Positions 47,595 through 56,194 of a DNA stretch of 64,000 nt are shown here, piece by piece (positions within the stretch are counted from its first letter, which is position 1; each line of letters opens with the position of its first letter). Source of the stretch: a virus. Position numbers and translations under genes: made by a program. The notes beneath the pieces are model-generated. The model was not told the DNA's origin. It searched no databases and saw only the letters and a list, made by a program, of their open reading frames with translations. The DNA lies in IMG/VR virus record IMGVR_UViG_3300035670_000018, positions 32,001 through 96,000 of that record. One strand, given 5' to 3'.

Positions 47595-47807
47595 ATGTCT
47601 CAGTTGTCTAAGGTTGCTAAGGTTCTCCGTCAGAATAACAAGGGTGCAGGTATCACTGTTGCTCAGGTTGCTCGTCTGACTGGAATGCCTAAGGCAAGCG
47701 TCTCTAAGCGTGTGTATGATCTACGCACTCTTGAAGGCAAGACCATTTACAGCAACTACCGTACTGTGAATGGCAAGCGCAAGATGTTTTATCGTTTTGC
47801 TGCCTAA
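47595..47807 (+). CDS. Small winged-HTH DNA-binding protein
   Basis: GITVAQVARLTGMPKASVSKRVYDLR...G..IY.N. Confidence 0.75.
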   Translation: MSQLSKVAKVLRQNNKGAGITVAQVARLTGMPKASVSKRVYDLRTLEGKTIYSNYRTVNGKRKMFYRFAA

Positions 47808-47828
47808 CTTTTACTAACATCGCTAAAA

Positions 47829-47863
47829 GGGATGCTATATAGTTCTGTAGCGTCCCTTTTTTT
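47829..47863 (+). terminator. Rho-independent terminator
   Basis: GGGATGCTATA/TGTAGCGTCCC stem followed by TTTTTTT. Confidence 0.8.
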
Positions 47864-47879
47864 ATCATGGAGTTTAATT

Positions 47880-48773
47880 ATGCAATTACAAGTAAAAGTG
47901 GAAGATTTGAGAAAGTGCAAACTGTTCGTTGCTACACCTATGTATGGTGGTCAATGTCACGGTATGTATTCCAAAGCAAGTCTTGATTTGCAAGGACTGT
48001 GTATGCAGTATGGCATTGATGTCCGATTCTCATTTCTATTCAACGAATCTCTAATCACTCGCGCACGAAACTATCTTGTTGATGAGTTCTTGCGCTCAGA
48101 TTTTACCCATCTGCTATTCATCGACTCTGATATCTGTTTTGATCCACAAGATGTTTTAGCCCTCATTGCACTGGATAAGGATGTAATTGGTGCACCATAT
48201 CCAAAGAAGTCTATCAACTGGCGTAACATTGCTCTTGCTCTTACAAAGAATCCTGCCATGAATGCTGGTGATCTTGATGCATTAACAGGCGATTATGTCT
48301 TCAATCCAGTTCCTGGTACAAAGTCATTTCGTGTTACAGAACCTCTTGAGGTAATGGAAATTGGTACAGGCTACATGATGGTCAAGCGTCATGTGTTTGA
48401 TAAGTTTAAGGAAGCTTATCCTAATCTTACATACAAGCCTGATCATGTGGGTCAAGCACACTTTGATGGCTCACGATACATTCATGCATACTTTGATACA
48501 GTGATTGATCGTGGTGAACCCTTTGATAAGGTCCATGAAATGATGGAAGCTGCTGCAAAGGGCGAGAATGTACAAGAGTTGGCTAAGGAACTCCTTGATA
48601 AGGAAACAAATTCTTCTCACCGATATCTGTCAGAAGATTATATGTTCTGTCAGTATTGGAGAAAGATTGGTGGTTCAATCTGGCTATGTCCTTGGATGAG
48701 AACTACACATATGGGTACATATGCCTTCAACGGTAATATGCCCAAAATAGCCGAGTTGACAGGAAATCTCTAA
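47880..48773 (+). CDS. GT-A fold glycosyltransferase-like protein
   Basis: LFVATPMYGG, ESLITRARN, LLFIDSDI (DxD), GTGYM, YLSEDYMFC; start at ATG 47880 after ggag. Confidence 0.7.
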   Translation: MQLQVKVEDLRKCKLFVATPMYGGQCHGMYSKASLDLQGLCMQYGIDVRFSFLFNESLITRARNYLVDEFLRSDFTHLLFIDSDICFDPQDVLALIALDKDVIGAPYPKKSINWRNIALALTKNPAMNAGDLDALTGDYVFNPVPGTKSFRVTEPLEVMEIGTGYMMVKRHVFDKFKEAYPNLTYKPDHVGQAHFDGSRYIHAYFDTVIDRGEPFDKVHEMMEAAAKGENVQELAKELLDKETNSSHRYLSEDYMFCQYWRKIGGSIWLCPWMRTTHMGTYAFNGNMPKIAELTGNL

Positions 48774-49429
48774 TGATCATTGGTGTAGTTGGTTTTATTG
48801 GATCTGGCAAGGGAACGATTGCTGATATCCTTGTACAGAAACATAACTTCACAAAACTGTCCTTTGCAGACTCGCTAAAAGACGCTACAGCGGCCATCTT
48901 CGGATGGCCGCGGCATCTTCTAGAGGGCGAGACTGCTGAAAGTCGTGCATGGCGTGAAGAAAAGGATGAGTGGTGGTCTGAGAAGACTGGCAAGCATATT
49001 ACTCCACGAAACATGCTCCAGATGATGGGTACAGAAGTCGGTCGTGACATGCTTGATCCAAACATCTGGATATATTCACTTGAGCGAAAGATGGATCTTT
49101 ATCCGAATGTAGTCATCGCTGACGTTCGCTTTCCAAATGAAATCAAGTTCATTCAAGACAAGGGCGGATTTGTTATTCGTGTGAAGCGCGGTGCTGACCC
49201 TGAGTGGTATGATACTGCACTTTCTGATAACAAGAATGGATTTGAATCAGAAGTATCGCAGATGTCCATTTATTATCCAGAAGTTCACTACTCAGAGTGG
49301 GCATGGATCGGACAGAATTTTGACTACCAATTGGACAACATAGGTCCACTTTCCATGCTGGACGGTGATGTACAACATATGATTCGTGTCTTTACAGGCC
49401 CGCAAAAGCCTGCTACAATAGCTGCCTAA
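48773..49429 (+). CDS. Deoxynucleoside monophosphate kinase (gp1-like)
   Basis: GFIGSGKGT, SFADSLK, TPR..LQ..GTE..R, DVRFPNE, HYSE. Confidence 0.9.
   Translation: MIIGVVGFIGSGKGTIADILVQKHNFTKLSFADSLKDATAAIFGWPRHLLEGETAESRAWREEKDEWWSEKTGKHITPRNMLQMMGTEVGRDMLDPNIWIYSLERKMDLYPNVVIADVRFPNEIKFIQDKGGFVIRVKRGADPEWYDTALSDNKNGFESEVSQMSIYYPEVHYSEWAWIGQNFDYQLDNIGPLSMLDGDVQHMIRVFTGPQKPATIAA
49391..49419 (+). promoter_or_regulatory. Sigma70-type promoter upstream of gp45
   Basis: TTTACA-17 bp-TACAAT at the end of the dNMP kinase gene. Confidence 0.6.
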
Positions 49430-49454
49430 ACTGAAATAACTTGGAGATTATATT

Positions 49455-50120
49455 ATGAAGTTGAGTGAAAATACCCTGAGTGTTCTGAAGAACTTTTCCG
49501 CAATCAATTCTGGGCTTGTGCTTCAGAAGGGAAAGACTCAGAAGACTATTTCCCCTGAGAAGTCCATTCTTGTTGAGGTAGAACTTGATGATTCTCTGCC
49601 TGAACAGTTTGGCATCTACGATCTAAATCAGTTCCTTGGTAATATCAGCACATTGAATAGCCCAGAACTCACGTTCTCGGACAGTGCTGTTATCATGAAT
49701 GATGGTGAGATTAGCTTTAACTATTACTCATGTTCTACCAATCTAATCGTATCACCGCCTGACAAGGAACTCAAGCTGAAGCAGACGGATGTTAGCTTTA
49801 CTCTAACGAATGCTGTTCTGACAAAGCTTCTTCGTCTTGCGTCTATGAACAATCTTACTCATCTGTCCGTTGTTGGTCAGAACGGTGAGATTCGTTTGCA
49901 GACACATGAGAAGGCTAATGACACTTCCAATCATGCGTCATTCAAGTTGAACGATTACAATGGTGAAGACTTTACCGCATCGTTCAAGGTTGATAACATC
50001 AAGTTGATCCCAGGAGACTATGATGTTGAAATTCAGCTTGGTGCATTTGCAAAGTTCACTGCATCGGCTGGCTCATTCAAGGACAAGATCAAGTATTTCA
50101 TCGCCCTGGAGAGCAAGTAA
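49455..50120 (+). CDS. gp45: Sliding clamp gp45
   Basis: MKLSENTLSVLKNFSAINSG, FGIYDLNQFL, N.KLIPGDY.V, YFIALE. Confidence 0.95.
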   Translation: MKLSENTLSVLKNFSAINSGLVLQKGKTQKTISPEKSILVEVELDDSLPEQFGIYDLNQFLGNISTLNSPELTFSDSAVIMNDGEISFNYYSCSTNLIVSPPDKELKLKQTDVSFTLTNAVLTKLLRLASMNNLTHLSVVGQNGEIRLQTHEKANDTSNHASFKLNDYNGEDFTASFKVDNIKLIPGDYDVEIQLGAFAKFTASAGSFKDKIKYFIALESK

Positions 50121-50404
50121 TGGCTGGTATCGGACACAATCAAAACTTCGTTAGCATTAACTCCCTTTCTGACACTCAGAAGAAGGAACTCAAGGAAGCT
50201 ATTGTTCAGTTGAATGATAGCCTTACGCGCGTAGCTTCTGAGCGTGACTATCAGAAGGACTCTATCAATGCAATCTCTGACAAGACTGGTGTTGATAAGA
50301 AGATTATTCGTCGCATGGCTAAGGTATACTTCCGTGCAAACTACACTCAGGAACAGGAAGAGAATCGTCAGTTTGAAGACTTCTACGATGGTGTCATGAA
50401 GTGA
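50120..50404 (+). CDS. DsbA/GapR-like double-stranded DNA-binding protein
   Basis: Helical 94 aa; GVDKKIIRRMAKVY...EE...FE.FYD resembles T4 DsbA; N-terminal GIGHN. Confidence 0.65.
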   Translation: MAGIGHNQNFVSINSLSDTQKKELKEAIVQLNDSLTRVASERDYQKDSINAISDKTGVDKKIIRRMAKVYFRANYTQEQEENRQFEDFYDGVMK

Positions 50405-50658
50405 CAAAGAAGGACAAACAGGATATTATCCAACGTATGGAAGAACTCATGAGGCCTATTGACAGGCAGATCATGATGTGTGATAATGTTGAAGACATAC
50501 TAATGTTAGCTTCCAATATGCTGATTACCGCCAAGAGTATCTACGTACAGAACCTTGTCGGTGCTGGCGCTAAAGAACTTCTTCAAAGAATGGTAGATGA
50601 AATTTATGACCGAATCCTTCCTCTGGACAGAAAAGTTCCGCCCGAAGACAATAAGTGA
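50401..50658 (+). CDS. Hypothetical protein
   Basis: RM.ELM.PIDRQIMMCD...D.LMLAS; GTG start overlapping the upstream stop. Confidence 0.55.
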   Translation: MTKKDKQDIIQRMEELMRPIDRQIMMCDNVEDILMLASNMLITAKSIYVQNLVGAGAKELLQRMVDEIYDRILPLDRKVPPEDNK

Positions 50659-51544
50659 TTGTATTCTTCCTGATCGGCTGAAGAAGCCATTTCAAGAATA
50701 TGTAAACAACAAAGAGATTCCAAATCTCATGCTGACTGGTACAGCAGGTGTTGGTAAGACAACTGTTGCACGGGCCATGTGTGATGAGATTGGTATCAAC
50801 CACTTGTACATCAACGCCTCAGAAAATCGTGGTATTGATGTACTGAGAACGACAATTCGTAACTATGCTTCAACCGTGTCTTTGACTGGTGGCAAAAAGG
50901 TCATCATTCTAGACGAAGCAGACTATATGACTCCAGATGCACAAGCAGCCATGCGTGGTGCAATTGAAGAGTTTGCTGCAAATTGTACTTTCATCTTCAC
51001 TTGTAACTTTAAGTCTAAGTTGATTGAAGCCATTCATTCACGATGTTCAGTGATTGACTTTGCCCTTCGCAATGATGAGAAGGCAAAGATGGCTTCACAG
51101 TTGATGAAGCGTATGGAATACATTCTCACACAAGAGAATGTGACATACAACAAAACGGTTCTAGCTAAGATCATTGAAAAGTATTTTCCTGACTATCGCC
51201 GTACTCTCAATGAGTTACAGCGTTACAGTTCTTCTGGTTCTCTTGATGCCGGCATTGTTGCCCAGCTTTCAGATGTAAGAAAGATAGGTGATCTTGTCAA
51301 GCATCTAAAGGACAAGAACTTCAGTGAAATGCGGAAGTGGTGTGTAGCAAACTCTGACATTGAGCCTGCACGAATCTACCGCAAGATTTACGATGGTCTG
51401 TATGAGTATATGAAGCCACACAGCATTCCGCAAGCTGTTGTGACTATCGGTAAGTATCAGTATCAGTCTGCATTTGTTGCGGATCAAGAGATAAATTTGG
51501 TTGCATGTCTGACCGAACTTATGGTAGAATGTGAGTATAATTGA
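50597..51544 (+). CDS. gp44: Clamp loader large subunit gp44
   Basis: LWTEKFRP, GTAGVGKTT, IILDEAD, SRC, PDYRR.LNELQ. Confidence 0.96.
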   Translation: MKFMTESFLWTEKFRPKTISDCILPDRLKKPFQEYVNNKEIPNLMLTGTAGVGKTTVARAMCDEIGINHLYINASENRGIDVLRTTIRNYASTVSLTGGKKVIILDEADYMTPDAQAAMRGAIEEFAANCTFIFTCNFKSKLIEAIHSRCSVIDFALRNDEKAKMASQLMKRMEYILTQENVTYNKTVLAKIIEKYFPDYRRTLNELQRYSSSGSLDAGIVAQLSDVRKIGDLVKHLKDKNFSEMRKWCVANSDIEPARIYRKIYDGLYEYMKPHSIPQAVVTIGKYQYQSAFVADQEINLVACLTELMVECEYN

Positions 51545-52191
51545 TGGAAAGTCAAAGGCACGGATTTGACTTTGAAAATGAAGTGATATATCAGATCACT
51601 GGATTCTTCAAAGAGGAATACGAAAAGAAAATTACGAATAGCTATACTTCTTCGATGGACATTGTGAAAGGTGTCCATAGTGAATATGATTATTCTATTA
51701 AGGTTAGTAAGAATGGACGAGGAATAGGCGGTGGTGATATTCTAAGATTCAACAAACATTGTGAGAAGGGGTTCAAGCTTATCGTTGGTTGTTGGAATCA
51801 AAAGAATTCTTCCATCAAAGTTTATGACTGTATCTATGAGTTCACAATCACACCTAAAGATTATAAGAAACTGTGGGGATCAATACCATTAGATGAACTA
51901 AAAAACTTTGTGAACTATGTGAAATCAATCCCTTCAGGCAAAGAAGCACAAAAGAAAAACACTCTTTTGTGGAAAGAAAAAAGAGATATTTTATATCATA
52001 CATATGATAAAGGTGTTGTTGATATCGCAGCAAAAATTGATAGTGTATCTCAAAGAAGAGTTCAGTGTTCAATGAGACTTGAAGAATTGATTTCTTCTGG
52101 TATCGATTATGTGAAGTATACAAAGTCTTATAAAGGAATTAAGTTACCATATGAGCAAAAAAGCACATCAAGAAAATTCAAGAAAGCTTGA
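51541..52191 (+). CDS. Putative restriction-endonuclease-like protein
   Basis: Q.HGF.FE...D.......SIK (PD-(D/E)xK-like arrangement); overlaps a DNA methyltransferase gene. Confidence 0.45.
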   Translation: MMESQRHGFDFENEVIYQITGFFKEEYEKKITNSYTSSMDIVKGVHSEYDYSIKVSKNGRGIGGGDILRFNKHCEKGFKLIVGCWNQKNSSIKVYDCIYEFTITPKDYKKLWGSIPLDELKNFVNYVKSIPSGKEAQKKNTLLWKEKRDILYHTYDKGVVDIAAKIDSVSQRRVQCSMRLEELISSGIDYVKYTKSYKGIKLPYEQKSTSRKFKKA

Positions 52192-52984
52192 TCAATTCTA
52201 CACTAATCCTGAGTATGCAAAAGCACTATATAGGATTATTGAATCGAAGTATGAATTGTCTTCATTTGATTATATTCTAGAACCTTCAGCGGGAACTGGA
52301 AGCTTTTATAATTTGATGGATCCAAATAAGAGAATTGGATTGGACTTAGATCCTAAAAGTCCTGGTATCATCAAGCAAGACTTTCTAACATGGACAGCTC
52401 CTCTAAATGTTAATATGATAGCAATAGGCAATCCACCTTTCGGTAAAAACTCAAGTCTGGCTGTAAAGTTTTTTAACAAATGTTCAGAATCATGTTCTGT
52501 CATCGCTTTCATTGTTCCGAAAACATTTAGAAAAACCAGTATCATCAACAGACTATCATTTCATTTTCATTTGATTCATGATGATGATTTACCAAAAAAC
52601 AGTTTTGTCTATAATGATAAACCATATGATGTTCCTTGTGTGTTTCAGATTTGGGAAAAGAAAAAAGTGAAACGTGATGTCATCAAGACATATAGTTTTG
52701 ATGATATGAAAGCTTGGTTCACTCTTACAGATCCAAATTCAGCACACATATGCATTCAAAGAGTTGGTCAGAAAGCTGGAACAGTAAAGAAATCTCATTT
52801 TTCTTCTTATAGTCCACTCAGTCATTTTTTCTTAAAGTGTGCAAATGATAATGTGATATCCGTGTTTGACAAACTGAACTTTGATGCAGTAAAATACAAT
52901 ACTGCTGGTAATCCTTCGGTAAGTGCCAGCGAGTTGATTGAACTTTGGATAGAACAAGCAAGAAAGGAAAAACTATATGTCTGA
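52151..52984 (+). CDS. Amino (N6-adenine) DNA methyltransferase, gamma-type motif order
   Basis: DQFYT (motif X), LEPSAGTGSF (motif I), GNPPFG (motif IV), FIVP. Confidence 0.85.
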   Translation: MSKKAHQENSRKLDQFYTNPEYAKALYRIIESKYELSSFDYILEPSAGTGSFYNLMDPNKRIGLDLDPKSPGIIKQDFLTWTAPLNVNMIAIGNPPFGKNSSLAVKFFNKCSESCSVIAFIVPKTFRKTSIINRLSFHFHLIHDDDLPKNSFVYNDKPYDVPCVFQIWEKKKVKRDVIKTYSFDDMKAWFTLTDPNSAHICIQRVGQKAGTVKKSHFSSYSPLSHFFLKCANDNVISVFDKLNFDAVKYNTAGNPSVSASELIELWIEQARKEKLYV

Positions 52985-53402
52985 TCTTTTCAAGGATATC
53001 ATACCGTCTATTCTTCAAACTAAGAAGGTAGTCGTGACACAAGAGAATGAACGGGATTATGTCCCGTTCATTATCAATCGCGCATTATCGTTTCATCATG
53101 ACGTTATCATGTTCGCAAACGAGATGAATAAACAGTCCAGTCTGGATTCCCTTCTACAATACCACTATATGCTAAATACTGTGAGAGGGTATAAGCGACC
53201 TTTTCAGAAATGGCAAAAGCGTGAGATTGTTGAGGACTTGGAAGCAGTGAAGGAATACTTTGGCTATTCCAACGAAAAGGCCAAAGAAGCAATTTCCATT
53301 TTGTCTGACAAACAGATCGAACAGATCAAAAAGACGCTAAACAAAGGTGGTTTGAATGTTAGACATAAGAGAACTAGTGGAGGTAACACTACCAAATCCT
53401 GA
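52977..53402 (+). CDS. gp62: Clamp loader small subunit gp62
   Basis: YVPFIINRALS...D....ANEMN, VKEYFGYSNEKAKEA, ends KGG. Confidence 0.92.
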   Translation: MSDLFKDIIPSILQTKKVVVTQENERDYVPFIINRALSFHHDVIMFANEMNKQSSLDSLLQYHYMLNTVRGYKRPFQKWQKREIVEDLEAVKEYFGYSNEKAKEAISILSDKQIEQIKKTLNKGGLNVRHKRTSGGNTTKS

Positions 53403-53760
53403 CAACTTTTTAAAGGTTCGTGAGACACTTTCACGTATTGGAGTAGCCTCAAAGAAAGATAAGACATTGTTTCAGTCTTGTCATATACTGCATAAGCAGG
53501 GTAAATATTACATTACCCACTTTAAACAACTATTCTTGTTAGACGGAAAGCAGTCAGACTTTACAGAGGATGACCGTGCCCGTCTTAATTCTATTGCCAA
53601 TCTGTTAGATGAATGGAAATTAGTAGAATTAGTAGACGTTCAGAAAAGTTCTGAACCTGTTGCTCCATTGTCTCAAATCAAGATCATATCACATAAAGAA
53701 AAGTCTGAATGGAATCTTGTAGCTAAATACAATATAGGCAAGAAGCGCAAGGAAGACTGA
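53356..53760 (+). CDS. regA: Translational repressor RegA
   Basis: DNFLKVRETLSRIGVAS, QSCHILHKQGKYYI.HFK.LF.LDG, KYNIG. Confidence 0.96.
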   Translation: MLDIRELVEVTLPNPDNFLKVRETLSRIGVASKKDKTLFQSCHILHKQGKYYITHFKQLFLLDGKQSDFTEDDRARLNSIANLLDEWKLVELVDVQKSSEPVAPLSQIKIISHKEKSEWNLVAKYNIGKKRKED

Positions 53761-53761
53761 T

Positions 53762-54514
53762 ATGGTTCAATCATATTATCCAAACGAAGATACAAACCTT
53801 AACATAGCCAGAGGTTTGGTAAAGGGTACATTTGGTGTTCATAAGCAAGGTGCTGTTCAAGAACTTTCTCAAAATCAAACTGGTACCGTTTGGGGATATA
53901 ATGACACAAAATATCCATGGAGTGCTTGGGATGCTGGAGCAAATACAGTCGTTATAACATCTGATGCATTAGATGTGGGTAAATTTCTAACGATAGAAGG
54001 TTTGGATAGTAATTTTGAAACTGTTAAAGAAGATGTTAATTTATCATCTACCGTTGTAACAACAAATACAGAGTTCTCCCGTATAAACTTTATGTACGTT
54101 CACAACGGCGGCACTAATAACATAAAGGATATTGTGCTGAATACAAATGGTGCAAATGTTGCGATAGTTAAAGCAAATACAGGACAAGCACTAATGGGTG
54201 TATATACTGTTCCTGCTGGATACACCGCATACATTACAAAAGGTGTTATGTCATGCCAGGCTAGTGCTGATGGTACAGGTAATATGTATATTCGCTTCAA
54301 AGAAGGCTATTTCGCAGAAAACACTGTAACAGGTTTCATAACAGCACATACATTTGAAGTTTCAGGAGCAGGCGGCAAATATTGCTATGACTTCACGATA
54401 CCTCAAGCTATACCAGAAAAGTCAGATATAGATATTCAAGTGACAACAAGAACGAACAATGGTAGGTTCACTTGTGCTTGGGATATGATTTTAATTAAAA
54501 ATGGACTATCTTAA
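53762..54514 (+). CDS. Conserved phage hypothetical protein
   Basis: IARG.V.G, GQALMGVYTVPAGYTAY, IPEKSDIDI motifs. Confidence 0.6.
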   Translation: MVQSYYPNEDTNLNIARGLVKGTFGVHKQGAVQELSQNQTGTVWGYNDTKYPWSAWDAGANTVVITSDALDVGKFLTIEGLDSNFETVKEDVNLSSTVVTTNTEFSRINFMYVHNGGTNNIKDIVLNTNGANVAIVKANTGQALMGVYTVPAGYTAYITKGVMSCQASADGTGNMYIRFKEGYFAENTVTGFITAHTFEVSGAGGKYCYDFTIPQAIPEKSDIDIQVTTRTNNGRFTCAWDMILIKNGLS

Positions 54515-54519
54515 TACAA

Positions 54520-55164
54520 ATGACAATGGAGTATATTATGAACAGATTGAACGTTTACAAGACACATCCTAATATCGTATTGCCTAAGTTTGCTACAAAG
54601 CAATCAGCATGTTTTGATATTGCATTTCAGGCTGAAGGTAAATATGAATACACTGGATACAATATGAACAATGCACCATTCAGTCGGCCACTATCTACAG
54701 GGACAATTCGTCTTATGCCTGGCGATAGAATTTTAGTTCCGACTGGACTCATTTTTGATATTCCAAAAGGTTATTCACTTCGTATTCATCCTCGGTCAGG
54801 GCTTTCATACAAGCAAGGACTTGTTCTAGCCAATCTTGAGGCTGTAATTGATTCTGATTATATTCAAGAGACATTCATCATTCTTACTAACACAACTCAG
54901 GTTGATCAGACTATCAGTAATGGTGATAGAATCGCTCAAGCTGAAATGATTAAGAGTGAAGAATATGTGCTTTGGGAAATTTTTGAAGCTCCTACTCAGA
55001 AGACAGATCGCATTGGTGGTTTAGGATCAACAGGTGTTGCTGTATTCAACGGCGAAGAAATGATGAAGAATATTACAATGTCTAAAGAAGAAGCAGATAA
55101 AGTCACTATTCCTCTAGAAGAACCTATCAAGCGTGGTAGAGGAAGACCAAGGAAGGTGGCATAA
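54520..55164 (+). CDS. dut: dUTPase (trimeric) with C-terminal AT-hook-like tail
   Basis: SACFDI, PRSGLS, VIDSDY, GDRIAQ, RIGGLGSTG; ends KRGRGRPRK. Confidence 0.9.
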   Translation: MTMEYIMNRLNVYKTHPNIVLPKFATKQSACFDIAFQAEGKYEYTGYNMNNAPFSRPLSTGTIRLMPGDRILVPTGLIFDIPKGYSLRIHPRSGLSYKQGLVLANLEAVIDSDYIQETFIILTNTTQVDQTISNGDRIAQAEMIKSEEYVLWEIFEAPTQKTDRIGGLGSTGVAVFNGEEMMKNITMSKEEADKVTIPLEEPIKRGRGRPRKVA

Positions 55165-55457
55165 TGCCAGCAGCACATAGAGATACTGATGATAGAGCAT
55201 GTGGAGCTAAAACAGAAGTTATCGGTCAATCAACAGTCTATGTGAATGGGCTATTATGGGCTGTTGAAGATGATATTGACAATCACTGTGATCCAAAAGG
55301 TCCTCTTGATCCTTCAGGCACAACAGTCTTCATTGAAGGTAAAAATGTGATAGTTGTTGGAGATGGATTTAAAGCACCTGATTATCAGCCGCCAGATTGT
55401 GTGATTGAACATTCTCCTACAGCACAAACTGGTTCTGGTGATGTAAGTGCTTATTGA
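55164..55457 (+). CDS. PAAR-like spike tip protein (gp5.4-like)
   Basis: MPAAHR.TD...CG, TVYVNG, TVFIEGK....VGD, GS.DV. Confidence 0.75.
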   Translation: MPAAHRDTDDRACGAKTEVIGQSTVYVNGLLWAVEDDIDNHCDPKGPLDPSGTTVFIEGKNVIVVGDGFKAPDYQPPDCVIEHSPTAQTGSGDVSAY

Positions 55458-55484
55458 CATTCTAATCTCAATGTGATATAAATA
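55454..55484 (+). promoter_or_regulatory. Combined sigma70 and late promoter of hsp20
   Basis: TTGACA-17 bp-TATAAA, where the -10 is part of TATAAATA (55477-55484). Confidence 0.75.
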
Positions 55485-55489
55485 TACGT

Positions 55490-55547
55490 GTCTTCGCCGA
55501 AAGGGAAGACTTACAACTAACTTGCTAACATAGGAGTTAAGCACATG
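55490..55547 (+). promoter_or_regulatory. ROSE-like RNA thermometer in the hsp20 leader
   Basis: 5' GNRA hairpin GTCTTC-GCC-GAAA-GG-GAAGAC, then TAACTTGCT-aacat-AGGAGTTA with UUGCU paired to the SD and a bulged G. Confidence 0.65.
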
Positions 55548-56045
55548 AATACTAAGCTTTTAGACCCGTTTTCTTTTTCAACTTTTCCTAAGCAACTTAA
55601 TACCACAATTGGCTTTGAACCCATTCTCAAGCGTCTTGCTGAGATGAGTGAAGCAATGCCAAAGATTCCAACCTATCCTCCATACAACATCAAGAAGCTT
55701 GATGAAAACAAGTATGTGATTGAGATGGCTGTTGCTGGCTTCGGCAAGCAGGATCTTGAACTTGAGTTGCAGGATGGTACACTTACCATTAAGGGTAATG
55801 TATCTTCAGAAGACGCTGACTATATCTACAAGGGTATTGCTGAACGCGCATTCACTCGTCAGTTCACTCTTGCTGATACAGTGGAAGTCAAGAATGCAGA
55901 CCTCATCAATGGTATGCTCAAAATTTGGCTTGAACGCTTCATTCCAGAAGAGAAGAAGCCAAAAAAGATTTCGATTGGTGACACTGAAACAGAAAAAGAA
56001 TCTAGCACAAAGCAGTTCTTATCTGAGAAGTATGGTGACAAGTAA
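55545..56045 (+). CDS. hsp20: Small heat shock protein Hsp20 (IbpA-like)
   Basis: YPPYNI, IEMAVAGF, Y.YKGIAERAFTRQFTLAD, A.L.NGML.I.LE..IPEEKKP. Confidence 0.95.
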   Translation: MNTKLLDPFSFSTFPKQLNTTIGFEPILKRLAEMSEAMPKIPTYPPYNIKKLDENKYVIEMAVAGFGKQDLELELQDGTLTIKGNVSSEDADYIYKGIAERAFTRQFTLADTVEVKNADLINGMLKIWLERFIPEEKKPKKISIGDTETEKESSTKQFLSEKYGDK

Positions 56046-56194
56046 TGTTATCATACCTAAAAAAGTTGTTTGCTATTCGTAGTGAACAGGAACGAATGTA
56101 TGATTTTCTAAGTCAGGCTACGGATCGTGTGCATCTTGAATATCTCCAGCGTGAATGGGATCGTATGTCTCATGCACAAAAGAGTAACTGGTAA
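56045..56194 (+). CDS. Small protein (DUF3563-like)
   Basis: Manually translated MLSYLKKLFAIRSEQERMYDFLSQATDRVHLEYLQREWDRMSHAQKSNW; TAATG overlap with hsp20. Confidence 0.6.
   Translation: MLSYLKKLFAIRSEQERMYDFLSQATDRVHLEYLQREWDRMSHAQKSNW

Noticed and set aside
47832-47879. N-terminal extension of the GT-like ORF given in the ORF track
   Set aside because: It overlaps a terminator hairpin; the RBS supports a start at 47880.
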